The notes under the pieces were generated by a model, which worked only from the letters and a program-made list of their open reading frames with translations, made no database searches and had not been told where the DNA came from. A program made the position numbers and the translations under genes. From Escherichia coli (lineage in GTDB: Bacteria > Pseudomonadota > Gammaproteobacteria > Enterobacterales > Enterobacteriaceae): 906 bases of DNA. The stretch lies in the NCBI RefSeq assembly GCF_003334385.1, contig NZ_QOWN01000142.1. One strand, written 5' to 3'. Every line of letters begins with the position of its first letter. The first letter of the stretch is position 1. Below, in pieces: positions 1 through 906 of this stretch.

Positions 1-906
1 AATCCGGTCATAGTCCATTGCCTGTGTCAGCATGGAGGCATACAGGGGGACTTCTGCACGATAAGCATTTTCACTGCGCAGATACCAGCTCTCATCACTG
101 TCCCGGTTGAGGGAGTAGTTAAAGGCACCGGCCTGCAGCTTATTCCCCTGGATAAAGGCCCCTTCCTCCGTGGTGGCACCGTTAATGGCTTCCACCACCT
201 GAATACCCTTACCGCTGGTCGCCAGCCCCGACGCACTGTTGCCGGCGTTCACCAGGTTCAGGATGGTTTTTCCGGTTGCCCTGCCACCGTCAATGACCAG
301 TCTGTCAGCATTGTTCTGTGCCATATCCGGGCGTACACGCAGGCTGATGGTGCCATTCTGCCCGTTCAGGTTTTTCACTTTCAGGGTTGCCGGTACGAAC
401 TTCCCTGTGCGGGTGGAGGTGAAATGAATCTGTCCGGCATGGCTGAGGTCATCCACCACCGACTGCACCGTGGCGTTATCGGGAATATTCCAGGTGGCAC
501 CAGAGGCGAGAGTGACATTCGTGGGGTCAATGGCACCGTTCAGCACAGTGCTGCCGGTCAGCTTCAGGGCTGTACCGCGCTGAGCAATGACATCCGTGGT
601 GACGGTACTGTCGTTCAGCGTCAGCGTGCCTTCATTCAGGTTGACGGCTTTCTGGGTGAGTGTGGTGTTGCTGACAGTGAGTGTGCCACTTCCTGATTTT
701 TCCACGCTGCCGTTACCGGTGAGAGAGCCTCCCTGCAGGAGTGCATCGCCTTCACGGATGGTCAGGGTATCGTTGTTCACCGTCTTCCCGGAAAGGGTAA
801 GTATGGCGCCGTTATTCAGCGTGGTGGTGCCCGCCAGTGTGCCGCCCCTGGCGGTGAACAGTCCGCCATTTACCGTGGTATCCGTGGCCGTATCACCGGC
901 GTTCAG
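1..906 (-). CDS. flu: Antigen 43 (Ag43) family self-associating autotransporter adhesin, internal fragment partial at both ends (5' end of gene beyond position 906, 3' end beyond position 1); covers C-terminal passenger beta-helix, autochaperone-like region and start of translocator domain
   Basis: Seen in sequence: the minus-strand frame with codons 906..904, 903..901 ... 3..1 has no stop codon across all 302 codons. Its translation is LNAGDTATDTTVNGGLFTARGGTLAGTTTLNNGAILTLSGKTVNNDTLTIREGDALLQGGSLTGNGSVEKSGSGTLTVSNTTLTQKAVNLNEGTLTLNDSTVTTDVIAQRGTALKLTGSTVLNGAIDPTNVTLASGATWNIPDNATVQSVVDDLSHAGQIHFTSTRTGKFVPATLKVKNLNGQNGTISLRVRPDMAQNNADRLVIDGGRATGKTILNLVNAGNSASGLATSGKGIQVVEAINGATTEEGAFIQGNKLQAGAFNYSLNRDSDESWYLRSENAYRAEVPLYASMLTQAMDYDRI. 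Composition is Thr/Gly/Leu/Asn/Ser-rich with no Cys, and short T-L-T / L-N-x-G beta-strand and turn motifs recur, as in AIDA-I-type beta-helical passengers. Established knowledge (recalled, no search run): this stretch, notably ...HFTSTRTGKFVPATLKVKNLNGQNGTISLRVRPDMAQNNADRLVIDGG... and ...NYSLNRDSDESWYLRSENAYRAEVPLYASMLTQAMDYDRI, matches my recollection of E. coli Ag43. No in-window start or stop, so both ends are truncated by the window. Confidence 0.88.
   Translation of the reverse strand, partial: MNAGDTATDTTVNGGLFTARGGTLAGTTTLNNGAILTLSGKTVNNDTLTIREGDALLQGGSLTGNGSVEKSGSGTLTVSNTTLTQKAVNLNEGTLTLNDSTVTTDVIAQRGTALKLTGSTVLNGAIDPTNVTLASGATWNIPDNATVQSVVDDLSHAGQIHFTSTRTGKFVPATLKVKNLNGQNGTISLRVRPDMAQNNADRLVIDGGRATGKTILNLVNAGNSASGLATSGKGIQVVEAINGATTEEGAFIQGNKLQAGAFNYSLNRDSDESWYLRSENAYRAEVPLYASMLTQAMDYDRI

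Noticed and set aside
27-236. 69-aa minus-strand ORF from the six-frame track
   Set aside because: It is in a different phase from the stop-free 302-codon minus-strand frame that spans the whole window. Its translation is Arg/Pro/Trp-rich, typical of an off-frame reading of GC-rich coding DNA, and it is wholly overlapped by the Ag43-like CDS.
239-427. 62-aa plus-strand ORF from the six-frame track
   Set aside because: Antisense to the Ag43-like CDS, short, no recognisable motif and no convincing ribosome-binding site; best explained as a chance ORF in the absence of stops.
424-696. 90-aa plus-strand ORF from the six-frame track as a real gene
   Set aside because: Antisense to a strongly supported CDS, with a low-complexity product and no recognisable homology. 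The upstream GGAGG is explained by sense-strand codons. Kept only as a low-interest observation, not called as a feature.
1-906. Possibility that the window encodes a novel or previously undescribed system
   Set aside because: The whole window is accounted for by one well-characterised gene family (Ag43 / AIDA-I-type autotransporter). There is no unexplained intergenic space, no additional gene and no unusual structure beyond the expected beta-helix repeat periodicity.
363-906. Recurring short motifs (for example cgttcag) as a CRISPR array or tandem DNA repeat
   Set aside because: The repeats are 6-8 nt, imperfect, irregularly spaced and in frame with the coding sequence. They reflect repeated Leu-Asn / Thr-Leu-Thr motifs of a beta-helix, not direct repeats separated by spacers.
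1-906. Phase-variation regulatory region (Dam/OxyR GATC cluster), promoter or terminator
   Set aside because: No GATC sites are present and the window is entirely coding; the agn43 regulatory region lies upstream of the start codon, which is beyond position 906. No convincing promoter or rho-independent terminator was identified.

Overview
The whole 906-bp window is the interior of one gene: an uninterrupted 302-codon reading frame on the minus strand (codons in phase with window positions 906 down to 1, no start or stop inside). Its translation is recognisable as the Antigen 43 (Ag43; flu/agn43) self-associating autotransporter adhesin of Escherichia coli. The window covers the C-terminal part of the secreted passenger (alpha43), the likely alpha43/beta43 processing region, the autochaperone-like segment and the first residues of the translocator (beta43). 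No RNA genes, CRISPR arrays, mobile-element ends, promoters or terminators are supportable. The three ORFs in the supplied track are alternative-frame or antisense artefacts inside this gene. I see no evidence of a novel or undescribed system: this is ordinary coding sequence of a well-characterised accessory adhesin, and its gene boundaries and regulatory region lie outside the window.
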